Source of the DNA: an uncultured Gammaproteobacteria bacterium | GTDB taxonomy: Bacteria > Patescibacteriota > Microgenomatia > UBA8517 | Direction of reading: 5' to 3' | NCBI GenBank assembly: GCA_964627195.1 | Contig: CAZVJU010000001.1 | Coordinates: 9,066-73,065, forward strand | Length of the DNA stretch: 64,000 bases | In this document: positions 54,849 through 64,000 of the stretch, in pieces | Layout of the letters: every line of letters begins with the position of its first letter | How positions within the stretch are numbered: the stretch's first letter is position 1 | The notes under the pieces: generated by a model | Database searches by the model: none | The model's input: the letters and a program-made list of their open reading frames with translations, nothing else | What the model was told of the DNA's origin: nothing | Position numbers and translations under genes: made by a program

Positions 54849-55831
54849 AGCTGTGATACTAATTTTTCAAGTCTTTTTAGATAAAATTTTTCTTGCTCGG
54901 CTTTGGTATATTTTTGACTTAGTCTTTGTAAAAGATTAAAGACAACAAAAGATCTCAATAAATCTTGTTCACGCTTATCAAGACGAAACGTACTAACCGT
55001 TTTTTTCCAAAAAAGATTATGGAATCCTTTCTGAGACCAAGCAGAATTTAATGTTTGCGAAAGATCATAATAACAATGACTTACACAGGTGTGGGCAAAG
55101 TCAATTACAAGAGTTTTTTCGCCTGCAACAAGAACATTCCCAACGTTAATATCTCCATGACAAAGGGAGTTAGTTCGAAGCTTCAGCCATTTGGAAAAGT
55201 AACGCATTAGTGCAAAAAACGTACGAGTGAATAAAGGTGCATGGGCAGGATAAAAAAATACATTTTTCAAAAGGAAATATGGCAATGATACAATCTGATA
55301 AGTAGAAGTTCTTGTTATTACTTGAGCGCTTCTCCCAAAGTCAAAATTTTTATTCATAGTTTCCAGCAATTTCAGTACCTTCAAATAAGATTTAATACGG
55401 ACTAGATTTTTTTTCAAGGTAATTATTTGGGCACCGGAAATGTATTCCATAACCAAAGCCTTGCCGTTTGCGCTATCTATAATTTTTAAAGGTTTTGGTA
55501 TAATTACATCTGTATTCCCAATCTTTTTATACTCTTTATGACGTCCTCCCCCGTTCAATGGACGGGGGTTCCCCCTTAAAGAGGACGACAAATCAGCGTT
55601 CAATTCATCCCCGCCATAAATGGCGGGGTTTTCTTGAATGCTGTTATAAAAAAGTGTATGACCAATGTATTCTTTTTCCAATGAAGACTGCTCATTGCCA
55701 ATTTTTATAAATACTTTCTTTCCGCTTTTTTTATCTTTATACACACCTTTATCTGTGGAACTTAACCCGCTGAAAATCTTTTCTAGTAATATGTAGCGAT
55801 TTTGTAATATAGTCATAAGTGTCTTAGGCAA
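54845..55831 (-). CDS. APH/choline-kinase-like kinase carrying a repeat-element insertion
   Basis: Catalytic loop [12 protein letters not shown] and VIDFAH. The residues [33 protein letters not shown] are encoded by repeat copy 3. Confidence 0.6.
   Translation of the reverse strand: MPKTLMTILQNRYILLEKIFSGLSSTDKGVYKDKKSGKKVFIKIGNEQSSLEKEYIGHTLFYNSIQENPAIYGGDELNADLSSSLRGNPRPLNGGGRHKEYKKIGNTDVIIPKPLKIIDSANGKALVMEYISGAQIITLKKNLVRIKSYLKVLKLLETMNKNFDFGRSAQVITRTSTYQIVSLPYFLLKNVFFYPAHAPLFTRTFFALMRYFSKWLKLRTNSLCHGDINVGNVLVAGEKTLVIDFAHTCVSHCYYDLSQTLNSAWSQKGFHNLFWKKTVSTFRLDKREQDLLRSFVVFNLLQRLSQKYTKAEQEKFYLKRLEKLVSQL
55536..55651 (-). repeat. Two-hairpin repeat element, copy 3 (inside a kinase-like ORF)
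   Basis: The reverse complement aligns end to end with copies 1 and 2. Its apical stems are CCCCGCCA/TGGCGGGG and CCCCCGT/ACGGGGG, and its basal stem is CGTCCTC/GAGGACG. Confidence 0.85.
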
Positions 55832-56438
55832 CTTTTTTGCCTACTCCCCATACACGCCAATCAAGTTTTTTCTCTCTAAATTTACTGAAATCAACTTTGA
55901 GAGCTTTTTTGATAAGTCGGGCAGAGATTCTGTTTTTTAGTCTCTTTGCAGGTACTCCGCCCACAATGGAGTAGGCTGGAACATCTTTTGTAACTACGGC
56001 TCCTGCCGCAACAACCGCACCGCGGTAAATAGTAACTCCGGCTAGAATAGTTACATTTGCACCAATCCACACATCATCCTGAACAATTATGTTTCTCTTT
56101 CTGTATTCCTCTCCAAATATCATTGGTTCTTCCCAATTAGAAACCTCGTGATCCTGAGCGACAAATGTTGTATTTGGACCAATCATCACATAATTTCCTA
56201 TGCTAACTTTACTGCCGGTTGTGATAATGTCGCAGTTTTTGTTTATGTAAACGTGGTGTCCGATTGACACGTTGTAGGGTTCAATTATGTGAGCAAAATA
56301 AATCCTTGAGCACTCGCCCAAATGCTTAAGTTTCAATTTCAACTCCCACATATAAAGATTTATCCTTGCGGAAGAAATCAAGTGATAGCAAAATTGATAC
56401 GCCGGAAAAAATATATAAGTAAGTTTTTTCATAAACAC
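55824..56438 (-). CDS. Hexapeptide-repeat (LbH) O-acetyltransferase
   Basis: [42 protein letters not shown]. Confidence 0.85.
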   Translation of the reverse strand: MFMKKLTYIFFPAYQFCYHLISSARINLYMWELKLKLKHLGECSRIYFAHIIEPYNVSIGHHVYINKNCDIITTGSKVSIGNYVMIGPNTTFVAQDHEVSNWEEPMIFGEEYRKRNIIVQDDVWIGANVTILAGVTIYRGAVVAAGAVVTKDVPAYSIVGGVPAKRLKNRISARLIKKALKVDFSKFREKKLDWRVWGVGKKVA

Positions 56439-56440
56439 GG

Positions 56441-57613
56441 TTACAATAGACTTGAATAAAATTTTTCCATTTTCTCAGCAGTTTTTTCCCAAGTTTTACT
56501 TTGGGTAAATCGAATACTTGCCCGAGAAATTTTTTTAACTTCTCGTGAGTTTTTCTTGTCTAAAATGTAATATGTTTTTTCAGCAACTTTTTTGTAATCT
56601 TTTGTTTCTACCAAATATCCGCTAACGCCGTCTTTAATTAAAAGGGGTAATGCAGTATTGTCCGCCGCAATTACCGGAACACCCTGACTCATGGCTTCGT
56701 GGACAACATTGCAAAAACTCTCCCAAAGCGCCATATGAACCATCATTTTGGCGTGTCTTATAAGGTAATATTTATCAATACCCCGAACTACCCCCCAAAA
56801 AATAACCCTGTCTTTTAAATGCAACTCCGAAATTAGTTTTTCTAATTCCTGCTTATACTTCTCATCCCCAACAGGTCCTACTATTACATATTTAAGATCA
56901 TCAGGCGTAAGGGCTAAAGCCATCAAGGATGTTTCGTAATTTTTAATCGAGTAGATTCTGCCAATTTGAATTATGTAGCGCCCTAATTTTTTAACCTTTG
57001 TCTTTATATCCTTACTTGCCAGTTTGTCCACGTTTTCGAAAGCTTCGTTTTCCAAACCGTTTGAAATAACATTCACTTTATTCGGTAAAAGTCCTTTTTT
57101 AATCATTTCTTTTTTCTCCCAAACTGAAACAGCGCGTACGCCGTCTACTGTAAGGTTTATAAGTAGGGACCCCAAAGTAAAGTGATAAAGAGCTTTTGCA
57201 AGTGCGGTAAGTTTTGTAAATATTGACCAATCGGGATTAAATCCTCCGTGCGGTGTTAAAACTAATTTAGGGTTTTTGTTTCTTAACACTTTTCTAGCTA
57301 GCAAGAAAAGGAAAAACCGGATAAAAAATATATTAAAGTTATGTAAACAGATAAGATCCGTTTTGTCCCAATGAATCGCCGGCCAAAATCCGAAATATTC
57401 GGAGGCAAAAGGATATCTTTTAATCTTTAGTCCTTTAATTTCCTCCCTGTTAGGAAGTATGCTTTTTCCGATTAAAGTATCTTTAGAGGTATGAATAGTT
57501 ATATCCCAGCCATTTTTGGCCAAAATAGAATACGTCTCCAAAATATTTGTTTCTATTCCGGCGGCAACAGGATAAAAGTATTTAACGATGACGTCTATTT
57601 TTCTTTTCATCAT
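56441..57613 (-). CDS. GT4 (GT-B) glycosyltransferase
   Basis: C-terminal block [19 protein letters not shown]...GYLV (EX7E region). Confidence 0.8.
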   Translation of the reverse strand: MMKRKIDVIVKYFYPVAAGIETNILETYSILAKNGWDITIHTSKDTLIGKSILPNREEIKGLKIKRYPFASEYFGFWPAIHWDKTDLICLHNFNIFFIRFFLFLLARKVLRNKNPKLVLTPHGGFNPDWSIFTKLTALAKALYHFTLGSLLINLTVDGVRAVSVWEKKEMIKKGLLPNKVNVISNGLENEAFENVDKLASKDIKTKVKKLGRYIIQIGRIYSIKNYETSLMALALTPDDLKYVIVGPVGDEKYKQELEKLISELHLKDRVIFWGVVRGIDKYYLIRHAKMMVHMALWESFCNVVHEAMSQGVPVIAADNTALPLLIKDGVSGYLVETKDYKKVAEKTYYILDKKNSREVKKISRASIRFTQSKTWEKTAEKMEKFYSSLL

Positions 57614-58428
57614 AAGTATCTCCCTAAAAATGTTGATTTAACTAATTTTCTGAAAGCCAAAACCGAAGGCAACGCTAAATATTTAAATTCGGCAAAGGTG
57701 TGAGTACCGTCGACTCCCACCCGGGGAACGGCATATTTATTTGCTTTACTTCCAAACGGAATGTCATCGGTCGAAAATGCAATTTTGTAGCCGGCACTTT
57801 TTACAGCGTCAATAATCACATCTGAATATTTTCCGTGAGGGTAAGAAAAACCGACAACATTTTTTCCCGAGATTCTTTCCAAATCCATTTTAGATTCTTT
57901 TATTTCTTCTGCTAAACAGTCTTTAGTCAATTCCGTCAGTCTTCGGTGAGTTTTTCCATGGCTTTCAATATTCCACCCCAGACTCATTAATTTCTTTAGG
58001 TCGTCGTCAGACAACAAAGGCCTTTTTGTGCCGATACTTTTCCTTACAAGTTTTTCTCTATCGGAAATGACAAACAGAGTTGGTTTAACACCCAACTTCA
58101 TAAGATATGGAGCAACTTCCAAAAGGTTTTTATACCCGTCGTCAAAAGTAACTAAAAAACTAGATTTGGAATTGTGATTGTTTTTAGTAAGATACGTCAC
58201 TACCTCTTCTAAGTCGACATTTGAATAATGTTTCAGCATATATCTCATTTGTTTTTTAAACTCTTTTGGCTTGACACTAAATCGCCAACCATCGTTATTT
58301 ATACTGTGGTAGTAAAGAACTACAAAATCGTTCTTTCTATTTATAAGTTCATCAAACGTTCCGAGAATTATGTATATTGCTCTTCGTAATTCTATGAATT
58401 TATTGAATAAAACTTTTCTTTTTTGCAT
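57610..58428 (-). CDS. Polysaccharide deacetylase (CE4)
   Basis: TFDDGYKN (the DD metal/catalytic motif) and ESHGKTH. I prefer the start MQKRKV at 58428. Confidence 0.8.
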   Translation of the reverse strand: MQKRKVLFNKFIELRRAIYIILGTFDELINRKNDFVVLYYHSINNDGWRFSVKPKEFKKQMRYMLKHYSNVDLEEVVTYLTKNNHNSKSSFLVTFDDGYKNLLEVAPYLMKLGVKPTLFVISDREKLVRKSIGTKRPLLSDDDLKKLMSLGWNIESHGKTHRRLTELTKDCLAEEIKESKMDLERISGKNVVGFSYPHGKYSDVIIDAVKSAGYKIAFSTDDIPFGSKANKYAVPRVGVDGTHTFAEFKYLALPSVLAFRKLVKSTFLGRYL

Positions 58429-58432
58429 AGTC

Positions 58433-59341
58433 TTAAAGTGATTTAGTCGAGGCAATCTGCCAGGTGTCATTATCATTATAATTGTGTCTAACACTTGCTA
58501 ACTTTGTATAAATGAAAACCAATAAATAAATGCTAACATATAGAAAATTCTTCAAAATAGTAGGAAGCGCTTTTAAAATTGCTTCTAAATAAACATTAAA
58601 CGGAATAGTAAATTCCCTCTTGCCAAAGCCACTATTAAAATATTCTTCGTATATTCTTCCTGATGCAAAAAAACGAGTACTCTGCTTTAAATGATCGGCA
58701 ATATTTGAAGGGAGACGATATTTAATTACTGCTTCATCTACATACAAAAATTTCATTCCCGCTCTTACACAGGCCAAATATGAATACATGTCTTCTCCGT
58801 CGCTCTCGATAAAATTCAGTAATTGGTAAGCATACTTACTAAAAGCTCTTGCTGGGCCATGACAGTTATAAATATTATTTCCGTTCTTATATGTCGCAAA
58901 TAAAATTTTTTTGAGCTGCATACTTACTTCGAGTACTTTTTCAAAAAAACCCCTTACCGGGAGCTCAATTAATGCCGAAGAAGTAAAATCAGCCTGTTTG
59001 GTTAATATCGGGTCTATAAGTTTTTCGATAAATAAAACATCTTCAACGGAAGTATCGGCGTCCAGTAGAACTAAAATATCAGAAGTCGTTCTTCGTATAA
59101 TCTGATTTTGCCTATAAGCCTTCCCATGTCTTTTTTTACCTTCAATAAGAGTTATTCTTTTTTCTTTCAAATCTTTTACTAACTCTATGGTTTTGTCGTT
59201 GCTTCCATCAGACGCTACAATAACAGAATTAACATTAACCCCATGAACCTTTTGCCTAAGTACTTGCTTAAGCAGCTTTCTTATATTTTCTTGCTCGTTG
59301 AACGCCGGAATGCCTAGGGTGATTGAATAATTCTTATTCAT
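58433..59341 (-). CDS. GT2 glycosyltransferase
   Basis: Motifs LGIPAFNEQENI, SDGSNDKT and LLDADT. Confidence 0.8.
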   Translation of the reverse strand: MNKNYSITLGIPAFNEQENIRKLLKQVLRQKVHGVNVNSVIVASDGSNDKTIELVKDLKEKRITLIEGKKRHGKAYRQNQIIRRTTSDILVLLDADTSVEDVLFIEKLIDPILTKQADFTSSALIELPVRGFFEKVLEVSMQLKKILFATYKNGNNIYNCHGPARAFSKYAYQLLNFIESDGEDMYSYLACVRAGMKFLYVDEAVIKYRLPSNIADHLKQSTRFFASGRIYEEYFNSGFGKREFTIPFNVYLEAILKALPTILKNFLYVSIYLLVFIYTKLASVRHNYNDNDTWQIASTKSL

Positions 59342-60107
59342 AGTTAATATTTTTTATTGCACGAACGGAAACGATGCAGGGAAAACGCGGGTCATTGTAG
59401 TTAAGCTGACCCCGAGTTAATTCTTCTTGAGACATACCGACCCAAAAACACTGTCCAGCCAGCACGTTGCCATACGAAGAAACCGAAACGTTACCCTTCC
59501 CGAAATACTTACCGAAAAGATATGTCGCTCCTTCGGGAAGAATTCTCCAATAATTCTTTGCATCCCCATACGTCGGACTTATACAAGCTGATGTTACTAA
59601 TACCACACCACTTTCTTTTGTAATTCTTTTCAGTTCAGATACCGCCGAGTCCACGTCATCAATAAGTCCCAAAACATGCGTCAGGATTACACAGTCGTAC
59701 GTTTCATCTTTAATTTCCGATTTTAAATTTTTCAGATCGCCGTAAATATTTGCATGAGAATTTTCTTCATTGATGTCCAAAACATCAATCTTATTTACTT
59801 TTTTCGAGCCAAAATTTTTTGTATAACTATCACTTCCTATTTCAAGACATCTTCCTCTAATAAGTTTTTTATTTTTATTAAGGAATTTTTCTATCCAAAA
59901 GCGATCAATAGGCAATCCTCTATCGATCCCGTACTTTACGCTTAAAGGTTTGGTATTGTTTTTGACAGGTGTCCAATATGCACTCGCAGGTTTTAAAAAC
60001 CTATTAATCCTCCCCCTTACTTTAAGAGCAAGCTGATAAATAGCAGTATTTTTTTCTACAGACTTTATAACAGTTCTAACGAGTTTTTTCATTTTTTCAA
60101 TTTTCAC
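59334..60107 (-). CDS. SAM-dependent methyltransferase
   Basis: CLEIGSDSY (motif I-like), DVLD and YDCVILTHVL. Confidence 0.65.
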   Translation of the reverse strand: MKIEKMKKLVRTVIKSVEKNTAIYQLALKVRGRINRFLKPASAYWTPVKNNTKPLSVKYGIDRGLPIDRFWIEKFLNKNKKLIRGRCLEIGSDSYTKNFGSKKVNKIDVLDINEENSHANIYGDLKNLKSEIKDETYDCVILTHVLGLIDDVDSAVSELKRITKESGVVLVTSACISPTYGDAKNYWRILPEGATYLFGKYFGKGNVSVSSYGNVLAGQCFWVGMSQEELTRGQLNYNDPRFPCIVSVRAIKNINYE

Positions 60108-62067
60108 TTAATGCAGGTTTCCTGGCAAAAACTATTTCCTTTTCCCGATCTTCTCTAACAATTTTGAAAATTATTTTCAAAAATACTTTTGCGCTTTTAT
60201 CCCAGCTGAAATTTTTAGACCATTCATATGCATTCTCAGACAACTCCATCCTGAAGTCTTTATCGTTGATTATTGACTCCAGCGCTTTTATCATTACTTT
60301 TTCGTCTTTTACAGGTACCAGAAGCCCTGTTTTACCGTCGACAACTGAGTCTGTGAGCCCTTTTATCTTTGAGGCAACAACTGGTGTAGCTGCTGCATTT
60401 GCCTCAATTACCGTAATTCCCCATCCTTCAAAAGATGAGGGTTGGATAGCAGCCCAAGCTTGGGCAAAAAGAGTCGCCTTCTCTTCGTTGCTTATAAAAC
60501 CGCGGAATTCAACGTGATCCCTGACTCCCAGCTTTTGGGCGAATGTTCGAAGATACTTTTCAGATTCACCCTTGCCCGCAATAATTAGTTTAATTTGGCT
60601 GTATTTATCCTTAAGGAGTGCTATTGCTTTAATCGCAACGTCAACATTTTTGTACGGTTTCAGCCTTCCGACGTATATAAAGGTAGGACTTTGAGTTTTG
60701 GCTAGCTTTTTATAATCGCCGATATTAATCCCCGGATTTATTACTTCAATATGTTTTTTATTAAATCCAAGGCTAACAATATCATCTTTCGAGGACTCGG
60801 AAATTGTTGCTATTTCACTATCCCTGTAGACATGCGGCATAAGACGAGATTCCAGGAATTTTGCAATATGAGAAATTGGAAACGGGGCTTGCTCCCTCAA
60901 ATAATCCTGATGAACATGGTGGATAAGTAACACCACGGGGACAGAAACATAAAGCGGAGTAAAAAATGGAATTCCATTTTCTGAATCGACAACTACGTCG
61001 AATTTACCTTTAAATTTCAAGAGGTAATAGAAAACTGCCCACATATAAATAGTATAAAAACCTCCGCGTCGTACTATCTGAATTCTCGAGTTTTTTTCAT
61101 TCATTTTATTTTTTCCGTCATTTCCACAAAAAAGTGTTACATTATGGCCTTCTTTCACCCATCTTTTTGCAATTTCTTCAACGTAAACTTCTGCCCCCCC
61201 ACCCCAGGTGTGTTTTAAATCCCTCCAATTAAAAACCAAAATATTAAGCTTTCCTTCGGAAGCTTTAGCTACCGGCAGTGGGGCAAACAAATATACAAAA
61301 TCCTTAAAATTAACAGAGAGAGTATGTAGATGCCTATAGAAAATGTGAGCAAATCCAACCAAAAAGAATTGAATCAGCGAAGAAGTCGCAACGGCTAATG
61401 TAATATCTGAAACACTCTCATGATTCAGAGAAATAAGATATATCTGATAAAACGCAATTAATACTCCTATTACTGGAAAAAGATAATGTCTTTTGATCTG
61501 GTGGTAAGTTATTACACTTGATGCAACAGAAAAACTAAAAATTGCATAGGAGTAAAGAAGAAGATATTCGGTAATACCTAATGATTTTTCTCCAAAAAGA
61601 TACGGAATTGTAAATTTCCCAAATACGCCAATTGCTACAAATCCCACTAGACTTGCCAGGGTTGATATTTCTAAAAGTTTGTAAAAGACGTTTTTCGAAT
61701 CCTTCTCCTCGCCTTCGTTTTTGCTTACAACCGGAACTATGAATTGTGAAAACAATGCTCCTAAAAAGAAAATAATTTTTCCAGATAGAGATAAAAGCGC
61801 ATATTCTCCGGCTGCTTTGGGCTCTAAATAAAGCTTTGCCAGAACAACATCGAATGATAAAAATGCAACACTGGATAAGCGCGTAAGGACAGATGTTAAA
61901 TAAAATCCCTTAGGAAAGGCAAAATTCAAGGAAAGCTTGGCGGGTAACCTAACTTTTTTAATCCGCCCGACTGCAAACCAAGTAACAAAAAATGACAAAA
62001 ACAATGATAACGGTATGGAAGCGTAGACTAATTCAGGAAGGCCTGCCTTTACAAAAACATACGCCAC
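60097..62067 (-). CDS. C-terminal part of a Wzx/MOP-type flippase domain fused to a GT4 glycosyltransferase
   Basis: About 260 aa of TM helices, then a GT-B domain (ILVFNWRDLKHTWGGGAEVY...SSFEGWGITVIEANAAATPVVA). It uses a GTG start. The frame is open upstream to a TAG, and it overlaps the previous ORF by 19 nt. Confidence 0.65.
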   Translation of the reverse strand: MAYVFVKAGLPELVYASIPLSLFLSFFVTWFAVGRIKKVRLPAKLSLNFAFPKGFYLTSVLTRLSSVAFLSFDVVLAKLYLEPKAAGEYALLSLSGKIIFFLGALFSQFIVPVVSKNEGEEKDSKNVFYKLLEISTLASLVGFVAIGVFGKFTIPYLFGEKSLGITEYLLLYSYAIFSFSVASSVITYHQIKRHYLFPVIGVLIAFYQIYLISLNHESVSDITLAVATSSLIQFFLVGFAHIFYRHLHTLSVNFKDFVYLFAPLPVAKASEGKLNILVFNWRDLKHTWGGGAEVYVEEIAKRWVKEGHNVTLFCGNDGKNKMNEKNSRIQIVRRGGFYTIYMWAVFYYLLKFKGKFDVVVDSENGIPFFTPLYVSVPVVLLIHHVHQDYLREQAPFPISHIAKFLESRLMPHVYRDSEIATISESSKDDIVSLGFNKKHIEVINPGINIGDYKKLAKTQSPTFIYVGRLKPYKNVDVAIKAIALLKDKYSQIKLIIAGKGESEKYLRTFAQKLGVRDHVEFRGFISNEEKATLFAQAWAAIQPSSFEGWGITVIEANAAATPVVASKIKGLTDSVVDGKTGLLVPVKDEKVMIKALESIINDKDFRMELSENAYEWSKNFSWDKSAKVFLKIIFKIVREDREKEIVFARKPALSEN

Positions 62068-64000
62068 AAATAGCTTAACCAGAGATTCAAAAACGGTGAC
62101 AAGTGCAATTGTTGTAAAGAAGAGATAAAACTGATAATGAAAGCTGGGGCAAATAACACAAATGGTAAGATGCTACTCTTGAAATAAAAACTCATAAGAG
62201 GTGTTAATGCAAACCATATTAAAGTAAGCAAAATCGAAGCAAAGAATGACTTTTTCTCAATATTCTCCAAAAAGTTTGATGTAGGAACCTTAAACTTGCC
62301 AAGTAAATATGCAGTTTTGTAGGTAACGGTTTTACCAAAAGCACCGGTTAAAACTCCAAGCAGCGTAAATATATTGCTGATTAGAGCAACGGTTCCGAAT
62401 TCCTCAATGGCAATCTCCCGTCCTAAATAAGCGCTGTAGACAAAATTGGAAAAGTTGGCCAAAACATTAGCGGCAATCAAGATACCGCCACCTAAGAAGT
62501 CGGAGCTGAAACTGATCCTTGGCAAAATTTTTGCCGATTCTTCTTGAATCTTTTTACTTTTATCAAGATGGAACCCGTGCTGGGTCTTTTCCCAATAATG
62601 GGGTTTTACAAAAAGCTGATAGACAGCGATAAGCGCGGCATAGCTTGTTGCCAGCCAATAAAACGGAACCAAAAAAACAAATTTAATAAGATTCCACTGG
62701 CCACGTTTGACGCACCCGATCATATAGTTATAAAAGTAAATGAAGTTTCCAAAAACTAAGCTCGTAACGGCTATATAAAAGATCGGGGCCGGGTATAGCG
62801 CTTCAATTGCGGGACCGACAAATTTATAAAGTAAAAAGTAGGAAAGCGTGGCCAGCCAAAGAATTGGATTTACTAAAATAAACACCATTCTGGCTCCGAT
62901 AACGAGCTGAAAAACCAAAGCTCTTAAGCCGAATTCCTTATGGAAAGAAATCGGATTTCTCATATGGACTAAATAGGTTTGAATGTAGCCTTTAATCCAC
63001 CGAGACCTTTGTCTAATCCAGCTTCTCACGCGGCTATTTGCTTCTTCATAAGTCGTTGAATCGATAAGCGCGGTTTTATAGCCTTTTTTAAATAGCCTTG
63101 CTCCAAGATCACAATCCTCGGTGACGTTAAAAGGATCCCAGCCGTGAAGTTCACGCAATTTTTCGGTTCTGAAATGATTACTGGTACCCCCCAAGGGAAT
63201 GACCGATTCTATTGACTGAAGCCCGGGTAGAACAAGATCAAACCAAAGGGAGTATTCCGCTGTAAAAAGACGGGTCAGAAGATTGTGGTTCGGATTATAG
63301 TAGTTGAGTTTGCATTGAAGGCATATTACTTTCTCGCTAAGTGCCTGAAACGCCAAGTAAGACTTTTTAAGCTGATGCGGGTCGGGTCTATCTTCAGCAT
63401 CGTAGATTACCAGGTATTCTCCCTTTGCATAAGCCAAACCGAAGTTGCAAGCCTTAGGTTTAGTTTTAGGTTGGGAATTCGGAACAATAAGAGTCCTTAT
63501 GTGTGAGTAATACCCGAGCCATCCAGCAGCCTTAATTGTGGCCTCGTCACCCTCCTCAAGAAGAAAAATGACGTCAAACTTGTCCTTAGGCCAATCAATT
63601 GCATTTATCGCATCGATAAAATGGGGTAGAATTTCTGCTTCTTTATATAGCGGGCACAAAATACTATAAATGGGCAAATTGTTGTCTTTCAACGCTTCTA
63701 TTTCCTTTTCGCTAATTTTAATTTCCGGCGGAAAGTGAAGAGACTTCAGTAAAACCCTGAGGCTAAAAATTAAGTCGAGAAAGTAGATTAGTGAAAGTAA
63801 GGCTACTAGCGTAATCGCAGTCATCTTTAGGTTCAAAAAAAGGCCTAGTGAAACTAAGGTTAAAATGGACACGATGCCGACTTTTTGCCAACCGGTTAGC
63901 GTATATAAAGCCGAAAGATCGTGAGGAAGATGAGTGTGAGTTATAAACCTTCTACTTTTGTAAGCAACACCTGCTCCAAGAGGCTTATCACTTTCAGCTC
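62049..64000 (-). CDS. Processive-type GT2 synthase (DxD, QxxRW) fused to the N-terminal part of a flippase-like TM domain; the ORF is open to the window edge
   Basis: Motifs VIYDAEDRPD and RQRSRWIKG (QxxRW), with TM helices on both sides. My translation upstream of the track GTG start (63872) stays open to 64000 (AESDKPLGAGVAYKSRRFITHTHLPHDLSALYTLTGWQKVGIV...). Confidence 0.7.
   Translation of the reverse strand, partial: AESDKPLGAGVAYKSRRFITHTHLPHDLSALYTLTGWQKVGIVSILTLVSLGLFLNLKMTAITLVALLSLIYFLDLIFSLRVLLKSLHFPPEIKISEKEIEALKDNNLPIYSILCPLYKEAEILPHFIDAINAIDWPKDKFDVIFLLEEGDEATIKAAGWLGYYSHIRTLIVPNSQPKTKPKACNFGLAYAKGEYLVIYDAEDRPDPHQLKKSYLAFQALSEKVICLQCKLNYYNPNHNLLTRLFTAEYSLWFDLVLPGLQSIESVIPLGGTSNHFRTEKLRELHGWDPFNVTEDCDLGARLFKKGYKTALIDSTTYEEANSRVRSWIRQRSRWIKGYIQTYLVHMRNPISFHKEFGLRALVFQLVIGARMVFILVNPILWLATLSYFLLYKFVGPAIEALYPAPIFYIAVTSLVFGNFIYFYNYMIGCVKRGQWNLIKFVFLVPFYWLATSYAALIAVYQLFVKPHYWEKTQHGFHLDKSKKIQEESAKILPRISFSSDFLGGGILIAANVLANFSNFVYSAYLGREIAIEEFGTVALISNIFTLLGVLTGAFGKTVTYKTAYLLGKFKVPTSNFLENIEKKSFFASILLTLIWFALTPLMSFYFKSSILPFVLFAPAFIISFISSLQQLHLSPFLNLWLSYLWRMFL

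Overview
AT-rich, very gene-dense bacterial chromosome segment, with about 90% of genes on the minus strand and many overlapping start/stop codons. TGA is used as a true stop, so the standard code applies. The gene content resembles a Candidate Phyla Radiation / Patescibacteria (Microgenomates-like) genome, but this taxonomic call is inference only. I found no rRNA, tRNA or CRISPR array.

Layout:
- 1-9850: four ArnT/PMT-like GT-C membrane glycosyltransferases interleaved with GT2 polyprenol-phosphate-sugar synthases, plus NUDIX, methyltransferase and DHH genes.
- 9993-16438: CBS protein and an F1Fo ATP synthase operon (atpI-B-E-F-A-G-D-C) with no delta subunit gene.
- 16614-21765: five-gene island of unknown function that looks less AT-rich by eye.
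- 21871-27304: GT-C, a DPM1-GtrA fusion and a MacAB-like ABC efflux set.
- 27470-37283: type IV pilus operon with four G|F(T/S)xxE pilins, pilC, pilB and a propeller-M23 protein.
- 37319-40310: three receiver-only response regulators and a soluble GAF-PAS histidine kinase.
- 41557-45549: small unrelated ORFs separated by structured spacers, next to a decayed tyrosine recombinase.
- 45669-47502: trmD and a LAATG-protein/sortase ORF.
- 47571-64000: large glycan-synthesis cluster.

Most interesting observations:
1. An integron-like cassette array with AAC...GTT-bounded hairpin sites, cassette-circle complementarity and an Xer/IntI-like pseudogene.
2. A ~116-nt two-hairpin repeat present three times, each time overlapping coding sequence. 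Its flanks are conserved and its stems carry compensatory changes.
3. A sortase substrate and its sortase joined in frame across an A10 tract.
4. A Vgb-like 7-blade propeller fused to an M23-like domain inside the pilus operon.
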